DNA of 64,000 nt from Pseudomonadota bacterium (GCA_018970485.1 JAGWWH010000005.1:1403-65402), one strand, 5' to 3'. Shown: positions 1 through 10,068, counted from the first letter of the stretch. Numbers and translations are program-made. Notes: generated from the letters alone by a model not told the origin.

Positions 1-424
1 CGATAACTGCCGAGGCAGATTTGTCGGGACCGCGAATGATTGTTAAGTAATGTTCATTGACAAAACATCTAGAGCCAGAGTGCTTCGCGAGCCACTCTTC
101 ATTTATTCTTTGCGAAAAAAGATCGGGCATCTCGCCGTCCGGAAAACTTTTTTCCTTGCGCCTGATGGTGTGAAAATAAAGAGAAAAACTACCTGAAGCC
201 ATGCCCTTCAGCAAGTTGTTGCGCGCAGATTTCTTTAGATCGACGTCAATATCATCAGCAGTTTCAAAGGCGAATCCTTTAATCTTCAAAACACGCACCA
301 ACTCTTCGTTGTAAGTCAAAATCGTGTTCGAATTCCAATGGCATTTGTAGGGAATAAAATGCGCAGCGGAAACCTCTCCCTTCGTGATTTTTTCTTTTTC
401 TGGCTTAAGGGTTGTAAGGCGCAT
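1..424 (-). CDS. virB4: VirB4-family type IV secretion ATPase, N-terminal part (gene runs off the window edge)
   Basis: Not in the ORF track because it is open at the edge. My own translation from the ATG at complement(422..424) is MRLTTLKPEKEKITKGEVSAAHFIPYKCHWNSNTILTYNEELVRVLKIKGFAFETADDIDVDL... It shares the N-terminal block of the VirB4 at 5978..8455 (DFIPYVCHYDENTILTKNGELMQIIRISG). Confidence 0.7.
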   Translation of the reverse strand, partial: MRLTTLKPEKEKITKGEVSAAHFIPYKCHWNSNTILTYNEELVRVLKIKGFAFETADDIDVDLKKSARNNLLKGMASGSFSLYFHTIRRKEKSFPDGEMPDLFSQRINEEWLAKHSGSRCFVNEHYLTIIRGPDKSASAVI

Positions 425-648
425 TAATAATCAGTGATTTTTGTAAGACCGCAGTCGTAAGTCGTTAGTCATAGCTGACAATATTTTTTTCGCTAATCGA
501 GTGTTGTTAAGAGCTCAAAAAATGACTTTTATTTCTCTTAATTTTAGCCGCTCTCAAACAGCGCAAATTCTATGATTTCACGAAACAGGAATAGAAAAAA
601 ATTTGAAAAATTAAATTGGATCAACACGATGCGCGCCCCTTAATTTGT

Positions 649-724
649 GGCGGAGTAGCTCAGTCGGTAGAGCAGCGGGATCATAATCCGCGTGTCGGGG
701 GTTCGATTCCCTCCTCCGCTACCA
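649..724 (+). tRNA. tRNA with CAT anticodon (Met elongator, or Ile2 if lysidinylated)
   Basis: Hand-folded 76-nt cloverleaf: acceptor GGCGGAG/CTCCGCT, D arm GCTC..GAGC, anticodon stem GCGGG/TCCGC with loop ATCATAA (CAT), T arm GGGGG-TTCGATT-CCCTC, encoded ACCA end. Confidence 0.85.
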
Positions 725-1894
725 AATAAAATTTTTGATTACCTCGGTCACAACTCCTAGACCTCCACAATATTGCTTTTCATCCCCCATCGCCTCACTT
801 ACAGGGACAAGACCTGGACAGTGGTGATTAATCTCCCCCAACAAAACTTCTCGATCATTTCCAACTAAAATAAAATCAGCTCCAAGCTCAATTACATCGC
901 AATATTTTTCACGCAGATCTCCATTCAAAACCTGCAAAACTTTAGCGCATTTTTTTAGCAGATCTTCTTGTTCAGATTTTGAGAGATCAGAAATTGGTCG
1001 AGGTGTCGATCCGCCGACGATGTAGCCAGTTGTAAATTCTTCATCATCTGATGCTCGTACACTTTTTCTAAAGGTGTATCCAGCGCACTCAAAATCACTT
1101 TTTTTATTTTTAATGATAGTCGCACGAATATCTCCACGCCTTACTCCCTCAAGGAATGGCTGCGCTAATATTTCTTCGCGATAAAACTCTTCACCATGTT
1201 CGATGCAGGCCATTTTTACGTCTTTTTTTTCAGCGAGATCAAGCGCGAAAACTCCAAGCGATTGCGCTAAATTTTTTGGCTTAATCACAACTTTTCTTTT
1301 TTTACCAAAAGAAAAATTCTGGGAAAAATTCTGGGAAAAATTCTGGGGAAAATTTTGGTAAATTTTTTCGTAAACATCTCCCATCGATTCAACTTTTTGT
1401 AAGTAGTTTTCGTCGCTTAATTTAAATTCCGCAGTTGGTGTCGCGATATCAGAAAATTTTTCTAATTCCTTGTCATGCAAACCGATCGGGCAGTTAAAAA
1501 TATGTCGCGGAAATTTTTTTCTAAGATCGCGCAAAACATCATCGATATTTTTTTCTCCAACCGGTGGAAAGGGCGCTTTCATTGGCTCGAGACGCTGAAT
1601 AATTAAATCCTTCAAAGTAATTTCTGGAACTTCGACAACATTTTCTTCGATCAAATCTTTCACTTTCACGCTCGCAACTTCCAAAGAAAAATCACGAATC
1701 TGCTGATTAATTTCTCGAAATTTTTTCGTTAAAATCTTCGCCTGTTTTTCATCAATTTTTACGCAAAAATCTTTAGCAAAATTCCAAACATAAACCTCAC
1801 TAAAATCAGCCGCAGCAAGGATATAAGCCAATGTGGTATTTTTTCCCAAAAACATTTCGGCGAACGACTCGTTAATAATTACTAAAGTTTTCAT
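719..1894 (-). CDS. Divergent ATP-grasp enzyme, glutathione-synthetase (GshB)-like
   Basis: 391-aa ORF. Blocks are colinear with GshB: N-terminal KNTTLAYILAA, LIIQRLEPMKAPFP, VVIKPKNLAQSLGVF, AQPFLEGVRRGDIRATII, C-terminal GADFILVG..LLGEINHHCPG. The stop overlaps the tRNA 3' end by 6 nt on the opposite strand. Confidence 0.5.
   Translation of the reverse strand: MKTLVIINESFAEMFLGKNTTLAYILAAADFSEVYVWNFAKDFCVKIDEKQAKILTKKFREINQQIRDFSLEVASVKVKDLIEENVVEVPEITLKDLIIQRLEPMKAPFPPVGEKNIDDVLRDLRKKFPRHIFNCPIGLHDKELEKFSDIATPTAEFKLSDENYLQKVESMGDVYEKIYQNFPQNFSQNFSQNFSFGKKRKVVIKPKNLAQSLGVFALDLAEKKDVKMACIEHGEEFYREEILAQPFLEGVRRGDIRATIIKNKKSDFECAGYTFRKSVRASDDEEFTTGYIVGGSTPRPISDLSKSEQEDLLKKCAKVLQVLNGDLREKYCDVIELGADFILVGNDREVLLGEINHHCPGLVPVSEAMGDEKQYCGGLGVVTEVIKNFIW
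1311..1358. repeat. Four copies of a 12-bp tandem repeat (GAAAAATTCTGG), in frame in the ATP-grasp gene
   Basis: Direct reading: gaaaaattctgg x3 followed by ggaaaattttgg. It is translated on the minus strand as QNFPQNFSQNFSQNFS. Confidence 0.9.
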
Positions 1895-1912
1895 TGGTTT
1901 ATAATTTTCTCT

Positions 1913-1945
1913 GGATCGCTACGTCGCTTCGCTTCTCACGATGAC
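1913..1945. repeat. Short GC-rich palindromic repeat fragment (GGATCGCTACGTCGCTTCGCTTCTCACGATGAC)
   Basis: An isolated GC-rich island in an AT-rich intergenic region. It has the same GTCAT...GATCC end architecture as the other dispersed elements in the window. Confidence 0.4.
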
Positions 1946-2058
1946 GGAAATATTTTTATTATTAGCGACCGTCGGTTTTCATGATTGAAATTAAGTTGTC
2001 AGAGCTTTAAGGTCGCCACTCCCCACATTTTTTTCTTTTAAGTTTTTTTCCCAAACAC

Positions 2059-4668
2059 ATGTCGAAAGAATCACTCAAAACATCGCCATTTTTCAGCGCG
2101 AATATCGATCTTATCAACGAGTTTTGCCAAAATGATGGCGATTTTTGCGATGCTCCGAGTTGGGCGCCAAAGAAAGATTTAACCCCTGTGGAATCCTCTC
2201 CAGTTAAGGCTGGAAAAGATGTCGGAATTCGTCTCAAAAATTTAATTTCTGCTTACAAAAGATTTGGTCACTTAGCTGCAAATCTTGATCCAATCGGGCT
2301 TTCTGTGCCTCAATATGTCGCAGAAATTGATCCAAAAAATCACGACTTAACTCCGGCCGAAGCCGCTCAAACAAAAACAAAATTAAGTGCAATTTATTGC
2401 GGCTCAGTTGGCTCTGAATTCGAGTATATTTCTGATCAAAAAGAAAAAGATTGGTTAGCGCGCGAGACAGAAAACACAGTGCTTAGCGCCATTTCCAAAG
2501 ATGAAAAAATTAAGATTCTTAAAGAAGTAATTCGTACTGAAAAATTCGAACAATTTCTTCACAAACGCTTCCCCGGCGCCAAAAGATTTTCAGTTGAAGG
2601 TGGCGATTCGGCGATGCCTTCAGTTGAAAAAATTATTGATGTCGCTGCGAAATCTGGCGTTGATAAAATCGTCATCGGCATGGCGCATCGTGGTCGCTTG
2701 AACACCCTTACCGGAATCATGGGCAAGCCTTACCACCAAATGTTTTCCGAGTTTAAAGGAACTCCCGGAATGCCGGAAGGAATCACCAAATCTGGAGACG
2801 TAAAATATCACATGGGCTATGCCTCGACTCGCGAAATTTCTGGCAAAAAAATCGATCTGTCTCTCGCTTTCAACCCTTCGCATTTGGAAGCAGTGAACGT
2901 AATTGCAGCCGGACGAATTCGCGCCAAACAAGATCTCGGACGTAACGGCATGGCCTTATTAATTCACGGTGATGCGGCTTTTGCTGGTCAAGGTTCTGTT
3001 GCAGAAAGTTTGGTGATGAATGGTGTAGCTGGCTACAACACTAGCGGCGTGATGCATTTGATCATCAATAACCAAGTTGGCTTTACCGCCAATCCAACAG
3101 ATTCACGCAGCACAACTTATTGCTCTGATCTCGCCAAAATGATCGATGCGCCGATTTTCCACGTGAATGGTGATGATGTTGAAGCGGTCGTAAAGGTTTC
3201 TGACATCGCCACACGTTATCGTCAGACCTTCAAAAAAGATGTGGTGATCGATTTGATCTGCTATCGCAAATATGGTCACAATGAAGGTGACGAGCCTCTC
3301 TACACCCAACCGGTGATGTATACAAAACTCAAAGATCACCCAACTCTTGAGAAAATTTATTCACAAAAATTGATCGCAGAAAATGTGATTTCTGCTGCTG
3401 AACATGAAAAATTAGTCGCTGATTTTGAAACGCATTTGAGCAGCGAATTTGACAAAGCTACCGACTTCAAACCAAAAGAAGCAGATTGGATGAAGGCAGA
3501 CTGGAGTAAGATCAAAGACGGCGACAACTCTTTACCAAAAACTGCAGTTGCGAAAAAAACTTTGCAAAATCTGATCGAAAAAACTCTCGAAATTCCAGCT
3601 GGTTTTAACGCCAATCCAAAAATCGTAAAACAACTTGAAGCTAGAAAAGACGCGGTTTCAAGCGGCAAAGGAATCGATTGGGGATGTGGAGAAGCTCTCG
3701 CTTTTGCCTCACTTTTGAACGAAGGTTTTCCAGTAAGAATTACCGGCCAAGATTCTGGTCGCGGCACTTTCTCGCATCGTCACTCAATGCTTCACGACAC
3801 CAAGACTGGCGCGCGTCACAACATTTTCTCAAACATCGGAAAATACGAAGTTTACGATTCAGTTTTGTCTGAATATGGCGTGCTTGGTTTTGAATATGGC
3901 TACTCACTTTCAGCTCCAAATGCTCTAACAATTTGGGAAGCGCAATTTGGTGATTTTGCTAACGGTGCCCAAATTATTTTTGATCAATTCATCGCTTCAT
4001 CAGAAGTGAAATGGTTGAGAAAATCTGGTCTCGTGATGCTACTCCCGCATGGTTACGAAGGCCAAGGCCCAGAACACTCTTCAGCTCGTTTGGAACGTTA
4101 TTTACAAGCCTGCGCCGACAATAATTTGCGCGTGGTGAATATCACCAATCCGGCGAATTTCTTCCACGCACTGCGCCGTCAACTTCACGGAAAAGATCGC
4201 AAGCCACTTGTTGTGATGTCGCCAAAATCGCTACTTCGTCACAAACTTGCGACTTCAACAATCGAAGAATTTTCTGATTTAAATTTCAGATCAGTCATCG
4301 GCGAAAGCTCTGAAATCAAGAAGGCGCGCAAGGTTGTTCTCTGCACCGGAAAAGTTTATTACGATTTGTTCGAAGCTCGCGAAGCTGCTAAAATCAACGA
4401 CGTAGCTCTAGTTCGTCTTGAACAACTTTACCCATTCCCAGCAGAAGAAGTGAAAGCCGAACTCGCGAAATTCAAGGGTGCAGAAATCATCTGGTGCCAA
4501 GAAGAACCTCGCAACATGGGCGCTTGGAAATTTGTTGAAGAGTTAATCGAAGAAACAGTTTCTCGTCCAAAATATGTTGGTCGAATTTCTTCTGCATCAC
4601 CCGCAACTGGTTACGCTTCTTATCACGCCAAAGAGCAGAAGAAACTAATTGACGAGGCACTGAGCTAA
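2059..4668 (+). CDS. sucA: 2-oxoglutarate dehydrogenase E1 component
   Basis: 869-aa ORF with typical E1o blocks ([62 protein letters not shown]), followed by sucB. Confidence 0.95.
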   Translation: MSKESLKTSPFFSANIDLINEFCQNDGDFCDAPSWAPKKDLTPVESSPVKAGKDVGIRLKNLISAYKRFGHLAANLDPIGLSVPQYVAEIDPKNHDLTPAEAAQTKTKLSAIYCGSVGSEFEYISDQKEKDWLARETENTVLSAISKDEKIKILKEVIRTEKFEQFLHKRFPGAKRFSVEGGDSAMPSVEKIIDVAAKSGVDKIVIGMAHRGRLNTLTGIMGKPYHQMFSEFKGTPGMPEGITKSGDVKYHMGYASTREISGKKIDLSLAFNPSHLEAVNVIAAGRIRAKQDLGRNGMALLIHGDAAFAGQGSVAESLVMNGVAGYNTSGVMHLIINNQVGFTANPTDSRSTTYCSDLAKMIDAPIFHVNGDDVEAVVKVSDIATRYRQTFKKDVVIDLICYRKYGHNEGDEPLYTQPVMYTKLKDHPTLEKIYSQKLIAENVISAAEHEKLVADFETHLSSEFDKATDFKPKEADWMKADWSKIKDGDNSLPKTAVAKKTLQNLIEKTLEIPAGFNANPKIVKQLEARKDAVSSGKGIDWGCGEALAFASLLNEGFPVRITGQDSGRGTFSHRHSMLHDTKTGARHNIFSNIGKYEVYDSVLSEYGVLGFEYGYSLSAPNALTIWEAQFGDFANGAQIIFDQFIASSEVKWLRKSGLVMLLPHGYEGQGPEHSSARLERYLQACADNNLRVVNITNPANFFHALRRQLHGKDRKPLVVMSPKSLLRHKLATSTIEEFSDLNFRSVIGESSEIKKARKVVLCTGKVYYDLFEAREAAKINDVALVRLEQLYPFPAEEVKAELAKFKGAEIIWCQEEPRNMGAWKFVEELIEETVSRPKYVGRISSASPATGYASYHAKEQKKLIDEALS

Positions 4669-4708
4669 AATAATTTTATCCAAATCCAAACGCTTAATTT
4701 TTCAAAAT

Positions 4709-5887
4709 ATGAATCTCGAAATCAAAGTTCCCGCCCTTGGCGAATCAGTATCCGAAGCAACAATTGCCAAGCTTCACAAAAAAGTTGGCGATGCGGTTAA
4801 GGCCGATGATTTGATCGTCGAGCTCGAAACAGACAAAGTTACTCTCGAAGTAAATGCTCCATCAAATGGCGTGATTTCTGGCTTGAATGTTGCTGAAGGT
4901 GACAATGTGAAAGTCGGTGATTTGATCGCAACAATGCAAGAAGGTGGTGCAGCAGTAACTGCAAAACCAGCCACAGCAGCTCCCTCACCAGTTGAAACTA
5001 AGCAAGATCATTCACTTTCTCCAGCTCCAAAAAAATTGGCGGCAGAAAATAACATCGACACTTCAACAATTTCTGGCTCAGGAAAAGATGGTCGCGTTAC
5101 TAAAGGCGATGTTCTTGAAGCAATTTCAAAACCATCTGCACCAGCCGCACCAAAGGCTCCAGCCAACTTTGGCGAAAAGCCAGTTGAACGCGTGAAGATG
5201 TCAAGATTGCGTCAAAAAGTTGCCGAGCGTTTGAAGGAATCACAAAATAACGCAGCGATTCTAACAACTTTCAACGAAGTCGACATGAGCGCTGTAATGG
5301 CTCTACGCGCCGAATACAAAGATGTTTTTGAAAAGAAAAATGGCGTGAAGCTTGGTTTCATGTCTTTCTTCGTTCGCGCTTGCGTTGCTGCTTTAAAAGA
5401 AATTCCAGCAGTAAATGCAGAAATCGATGGCACTGACATTATCTACAAAAACTTCTACGATATCGGCGTTGCAGTTGGCTCGCCACAAGGCTTGGTGGTT
5501 CCGGTTCTTCGTGATGCTGATAAACTTAGTCTCGCTGAAATCGAAGCTGGAATCGGCGAACTTGGCAGAAAAGCGCGCGACGGAAAATTGACAATTCCTG
5601 ATCTAACTGGCGCAACTTTCACCATTTCAAATGGCGGGGTTTATGGCTCATTGATGTCTACTCCAATCATCAACCCTCCACAATCTGGAATCCTTGGAAT
5701 GCACAAAATTCAAGAACGCCCGATGGTTGTAAGTGGTAAAATCGAAATCCGCCCAATGATGTATTTAGCGCTTTCTTACGATCACCGAATCATCGATGGA
5801 AAAGAGGCTGTGACCTTCTTGGTGCGCGTAAAAGAACTAATCGAAAATCCCGTAAAGCTAGAAACTAGAAATCTGCTTGGAGTCTAA
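4709..5887 (+). CDS. sucB: Dihydrolipoyllysine-residue succinyltransferase (E2o)
   Basis: N-terminal lipoyl domain ([11 protein letters not shown]), Ala/Pro linker, E3-binding domain, and catalytic domain ending [14 protein letters not shown]. Confidence 0.95.
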   Translation: MNLEIKVPALGESVSEATIAKLHKKVGDAVKADDLIVELETDKVTLEVNAPSNGVISGLNVAEGDNVKVGDLIATMQEGGAAVTAKPATAAPSPVETKQDHSLSPAPKKLAAENNIDTSTISGSGKDGRVTKGDVLEAISKPSAPAAPKAPANFGEKPVERVKMSRLRQKVAERLKESQNNAAILTTFNEVDMSAVMALRAEYKDVFEKKNGVKLGFMSFFVRACVAALKEIPAVNAEIDGTDIIYKNFYDIGVAVGSPQGLVVPVLRDADKLSLAEIEAGIGELGRKARDGKLTIPDLTGATFTISNGGVYGSLMSTPIINPPQSGILGMHKIQERPMVVSGKIEIRPMMYLALSYDHRIIDGKEAVTFLVRVKELIENPVKLETRNLLGV

Positions 5888-5892
5888 CAATT

Positions 5893-5974
5893 TCGTGCTT
5901 GGTGCTTCGTGCTTGGTGCTTGGTTAATAAGCCCAAGATAAAAACTAAGCGCGAGGCACGAAACACTAAGCACT
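5893..5974. repeat. Inverted arrays of TGCTTSG heptamers forming a long imperfect hairpin; likely sucB terminator
   Basis: Left arm is tcgtgcttggtgcttcgtgcttggtgcttgg. The reverse complement of the right arm is gtgcttagtgtttcgtgcctcgcgcttag. The same heptamer motif recurs at 41560..41624 and 45571..45605. Confidence 0.6.
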
Positions 5975-5977
5975 AAA

Positions 5978-8455
5978 ATGAACTTCATCCTCAATAAACT
6001 TGTTAAAAAAGCCGCGAAAGATCCGAGCAAGTTGATTGCGAAAATTCCGGATGAAGATTTTATTCCCTACGTTTGTCACTACGATGAAAATACCATTCTC
6101 ACCAAGAATGGCGAGCTTATGCAGATCATTCGCATCTCCGGACTCAATAAGGGATCAAAACTTTCTGAGCTAATTTCGCTACGCGAAACCGTGCGAGAAG
6201 CGATCGTGGATAATGTAAAAGAAAATAAATTCGCACTTTGGTTTAGCACGATTAGACGCAAAAAAAACATCACTCCAAAAGGAGAGTTCAAAGATTTTTT
6301 ATCCAAAAAAATAAATGATGCTTGGGTCAATGAAAATCACTGGCACGATCAATACATAAACGAACTCTACATCACCATTATCACCGAAGGCCTCGACACT
6401 TCGGTCACTAACCTAAATCAATTTTTCCGCTCCCTCTCTTACCTCGCCACTAAATCTCTTCACAAAAAGTTTCTCGAAGAAGCTCATCAAAAACTAAATT
6501 TAGTTGCTCAATCGATCCTGAAAGAGACTTCGGATTATGGTGGTAAATTGCTTGGATTTTCTGAGTGGGATGGCGCTCTTTATTCTGAGCCTATGCGCTT
6601 TTTTGGTAAAATCGTTAACCTTTACGAAGAGCGTTACCCGCTTGCGGCGAACGATATTTCAACCGATTTAGCCAGTCATAAAATCGCCTTCGGAGACCGT
6701 GAGCTAGAGGTTGTTGGATATAATAATAAAAATTTCGCGGCGATGTTTTCGCTCAAAGAATATTTTGAAGTCTCAACCGAATTACTAGACCACGTTCTTC
6801 AGCTACCTTTCGAATTTATCATCACTCAATCATTCGATTTCACCTTAAGCAAAAAAAGCATCGAGCAGCGCGAATATCAAAATTACATCTTGCAGGTAAG
6901 TGGTGATGAAAATTTTCGCCAAATCAGCGGCGTAGCAAATTTTATCGAAAGCAACAAAGAAAAATCTACCGATTACGGCAAACAACAAATCACCTTGATG
7001 GTTATTAGCCCTAACAAACAAGAACTTGAAAAAGATATCGGATTACTCTTCGAGCAATTTGCTTCACTTGGCTTTGTTTTGGTTCGTGAAGATCTTTTTT
7101 CTGAACACTGTTTTTGGGCTCAATTACCTGCGAATTTTCGTTATTTGCGCCGACAAATAGTTATAAACACTAGTCGCATCGCTGGATTTGCAGCTCTGCA
7201 TAATTTCCCCTCTGGATCAATAGCTGGAAATAAATGGGGCGCCGCGGTGACAACTTTTCGTACTGTTTTAAATACGCCTTACTTCTTTAATTTTCATGAC
7301 GGCAATTTTGGACATACACTAATTGTTGGGCCACAAGGTTCTGGCAAAACCACCTTGATCAACTTCCTTCTTGCTCAATCAAAAAAATTTGACGGGAAAA
7401 TTATTTCTTTTGATTTCGATAACTCATCCAAATGCTTCATCAAATCTTTAGGTGGCAGCTATTTTGACATCTCTAAAACCGAGGGAGAAGAATCTCTACG
7501 AATCAACCCACTTCTGATTAATAGCGGTGAAAAGAAAAAATTTCTTATTAACTTTTTTACAAGCGCTGTCTCTTTCGGCAAAGATCCGATTCCGCAAAAC
7601 GAACTAGAATCGATCCCACAAGCTATTGATCGAATCATCGCAGACGACGTAAAAAATCTCATCTCGGCGGTCGAAATTTTTAACTCTCCTGAAACTGCAC
7701 TGATTTATGAAAAATTAAAAATTTGGAGTAGCAATAAAAGGCTCAGCCAAATTTTTGGTGCAGAGGCAGAAGATAAAAATAATTGGTCGAACAAAGTGTT
7801 GGCCTTCAATTTAGAAGGAACGCTTGAACGCCCTTCGGTATTGATTCCGATCCTAACTTCTTTGCTCGAACATATTGAAGAAAATCTTGATGGCAGCCCT
7901 TCGATAATCGTACTCAACGAGGGTCTAAAAATTTTCGATAATTCAATTTCTAGCCCCAACTTTGCCGAATTTCTTGATCGCATGGGTCAAAAAAATTGCG
8001 TCGTTATTTTAACGGTAAGCGACTTCGAAACATTGTCAGAAAGCGATATTAACGATGGTTTGAAAGATCGTCTAAACACCAAAATTTTCCTGCCCAATAT
8101 CCAGCCTCACCCTTGTTACAAAAATATTTTAGATCTTAACGAAGAAGAAATTTCCATCATCGAAATCATGGCCGCCGACAAAGAGCGACACTTCCTAATG
8201 AAGCACTCGGGAGACTCTCTAATCGTTAATTTTGATCTCTCTGGCGATATCGAGCTTTCTGCAATTTTAAGCTCAGATATGATCACCTTAACCGCGATGG
8301 ATGAGGTGCTAGAAAACACTAAATCTTTTGATCCAAAAGACTGGATACCCCTTCTTTGCGAAGTTTTGAAAGCAATCGAAGAAGAAAGAATAATTGAAGA
8401 AAAAGAGAGATTGCGACAAGAGGCCTTGGCAAGGCGTAGAGCTTTGATGGCCTAA
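5978..8455 (+). CDS. virB4: VirB4-family type IV secretion ATPase (full length)
   Basis: 825-aa ORF with a VirB4 N-terminal block, Walker A GPQGSGKTT, and a C-terminal ATPase domain. The putative Walker B reads IIVLNEG. Confidence 0.9.
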   Translation: MNFILNKLVKKAAKDPSKLIAKIPDEDFIPYVCHYDENTILTKNGELMQIIRISGLNKGSKLSELISLRETVREAIVDNVKENKFALWFSTIRRKKNITPKGEFKDFLSKKINDAWVNENHWHDQYINELYITIITEGLDTSVTNLNQFFRSLSYLATKSLHKKFLEEAHQKLNLVAQSILKETSDYGGKLLGFSEWDGALYSEPMRFFGKIVNLYEERYPLAANDISTDLASHKIAFGDRELEVVGYNNKNFAAMFSLKEYFEVSTELLDHVLQLPFEFIITQSFDFTLSKKSIEQREYQNYILQVSGDENFRQISGVANFIESNKEKSTDYGKQQITLMVISPNKQELEKDIGLLFEQFASLGFVLVREDLFSEHCFWAQLPANFRYLRRQIVINTSRIAGFAALHNFPSGSIAGNKWGAAVTTFRTVLNTPYFFNFHDGNFGHTLIVGPQGSGKTTLINFLLAQSKKFDGKIISFDFDNSSKCFIKSLGGSYFDISKTEGEESLRINPLLINSGEKKKFLINFFTSAVSFGKDPIPQNELESIPQAIDRIIADDVKNLISAVEIFNSPETALIYEKLKIWSSNKRLSQIFGAEAEDKNNWSNKVLAFNLEGTLERPSVLIPILTSLLEHIEENLDGSPSIIVLNEGLKIFDNSISSPNFAEFLDRMGQKNCVVILTVSDFETLSESDINDGLKDRLNTKIFLPNIQPHPCYKNILDLNEEEISIIEIMAADKERHFLMKHSGDSLIVNFDLSGDIELSAILSSDMITLTAMDEVLENTKSFDPKDWIPLLCEVLKAIEEERIIEEKERLRQEALARRRALMA

Positions 8456-8595
8456 AATATTCAATCGATTCCTGAAATACCTTCGCCCAACTAACTTCAC
8501 CTATCTTCTTAAGTCGTTACCGCCCAAGTTCTAAGTTATTACGACTCGAACCAAGCTAGCTCAATTGCGGTCAGCAAAAATTTAAAAGATGAAAC

Positions 8596-9540
8596 ATGCC
8601 AATTGATCCAACAATCTTACGAAGAATTAGAGGTAATGATCCGACACTTACTGAACTTGACTTAAGTAATATCGAAGCACGGGAAGAGGAAGAGGAAGAG
8701 GAAATAGCAATGACAATGGGAGATCTAACAAGTCTAGCAGATGCGCTTCGTACCAATACAACCCTAACAGAACTCGATCTCTCAAATAATGGAATCGGAG
8801 ACGAAGGAGTTAGAGTCCTAGCAGGTGCGCTTCGGACCAATACAACCCTAACAGAACTCGATCTCTCAGATAATGGAATCGGAGACGAAGGAGTTAGAGT
8901 CCTAGCAGATGAGCTTCGTACTAATAAAACTCTACATACTCTTAATCTCTGGTCCAACTTAATTGGAGAAGAAGGAGCTTGAGCCCTTCTGACTAATACA
9001 GCTCTACAACGCCTTAGTCTCTCGGAAAACGAAATTGGAAACGAAGCTGAAGACGAAAATAGACAAAGATTAGCTCAATTCCGAGCCCTTATGACTAATG
9101 CAATCGCACAAAGTACTAACCTCCCGGAAAATGCGATTGGAGAAGAAGTAGGTCCAGCCACTCTAACAAGTCCTAGCCTCTCGGAAAATTTAATTGAAGA
9201 AGAAAGAGCTCCAACCCTAGGAGACGCAATTCGTAATAATAAAACTCTGATAAGACTTGATCTCTCGGGTAATGGAATCGGAGCCCGATTAACTCAAGAA
9301 ATATCAAATGCACTTCAGCATAATGTGACTATCCAAGAAATACCGGATCTGGAACAAAATAATCAGAGAATTACTGCTTCATTAGAAAGAAATCGGAGGC
9401 TTCCAGAGCAAATCTTCAGAAAAATCTATGAAAAATTTTCTACGGTAGAATCTATGGTAAAATCTGAGGGACTCAATCCTTCTGAAATCAGGCGACTCAA
9501 TCTTCCTGAAATCAGGCAATTCAATCTTTCTGAAGTGTAA
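8596..9540 (+). pseudogene. Ribonuclease-inhibitor-type leucine-rich-repeat protein gene interrupted by an in-frame TGA (8980..8982)
   Basis: ORFs 8596..8982 and 9091..9540 are in the same frame. I read 8983..9090 codon by codon and found no other stop. The LRR consensus [29 protein letters not shown] continues across the stop (EEGA*ALLTNTALQRLSLSENEIGNEA). Confidence 0.7.
8737..8904 (+). repeat. Two near-identical 84-bp tandem units (one 28-aa LRR each)
   Basis: Units 8737..8820 and 8821..8904 differ at 3 of 84 positions by direct comparison. A third, diverged unit follows and carries the TGA. Confidence 0.9.
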
Positions 9541-9957
9541 TCAAAGCTAATCTCAACCTCCCCAAGAGCTTGTTTAGAAATATTAAATAAATTCTTTGAA
9601 AAGCCCGAAGTTAAAGCTGTAGAGAGTCAAGAATTGCTTAGTCACATAAAAGAATTACCTGACATTTTAAGAATGGTACTTTCAACACGCGATCAACTTC
9701 GAAAGCCTAGGGTAGAGTTAAATCTAGCTGATCTTTTGGTGGTAAGGGGAGTTATGCGTGAGACAGAGCTCCCTTCATACCGATCAGCTACGCTACTTGG
9801 ATTAAACCCAACAATACTCTCGGAAATTCTTGGATATCTTGGGATTAACGATATCAAAAAATCAGTTAATGGAGCATCTGCAGATGCTGCTCAATCAAGC
9901 TCTGTGACAATGTTAGGAGGCCAGCGATTGGGGCCAACAAAACCCTTCAGAAGATAG
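9541..9957 (+). CDS. Hypothetical protein, or C-terminal remnant of the LRR gene (same frame, open directly after the TAA at 9538..9540)
   Basis: The frame stays open from 9541. The track ORF starts at TTG 9634. No recognisable family. Confidence 0.3.
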   Translation, partial: SKLISTSPRACLEILNKFFEKPEVKAVESQELLSHIKELPDILRMVLSTRDQLRKPRVELNLADLLVVRGVMRETELPSYRSATLLGLNPTILSEILGYLGINDIKKSVNGASADAAQSSSVTMLGGQRLGPTKPFRR

Positions 9958-10068
9958 TTTTTTAAACCAAAAAAATTGGAGCTAAATTCTATATTTTTTC
10001 ACCCATCTTACTCTCCATTTTTTCAACAGAATTGCTGATTTTTTCTTTTTGATTTTGTTCAACCGATT

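Noticed and set aside
719-724. The overlap of the ATP-grasp gene stop with the tRNA-Met 3' end, considered as a sign of integration at a tRNA attachment site.
   Set aside because: The overlap is 6 nt on opposite strands. There is no integrase, no duplicated tRNA 3' fragment, and no obvious island boundary.
8980-8982. The in-frame TGA in the LRR gene as evidence for TGA-to-Trp recoding (genetic code 4) or selenocysteine.
   Set aside because: TGA clearly terminates well-conserved genes in this window: thrC at 28459..28461, lptF at 29529..29531, and the binding protein at 53881..53883. The ARM gene is interrupted by TAA and the LRR frame also by TAA, so ordinary nonsense mutations are the simpler explanation. 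I saw no SECIS-like hairpin.
9397-9870. F-box-like motifs in the tail of the LRR locus (RLPEQIFRKIYEKF, ELPDILRMVLS, LNPTILSEILGYLGINDI).
   Set aside because: Only the first half of the F-box consensus (LPxEIL..I) is approximated, and the conserved second helix/Trp region is absent. I cannot support the call without an HMM score.
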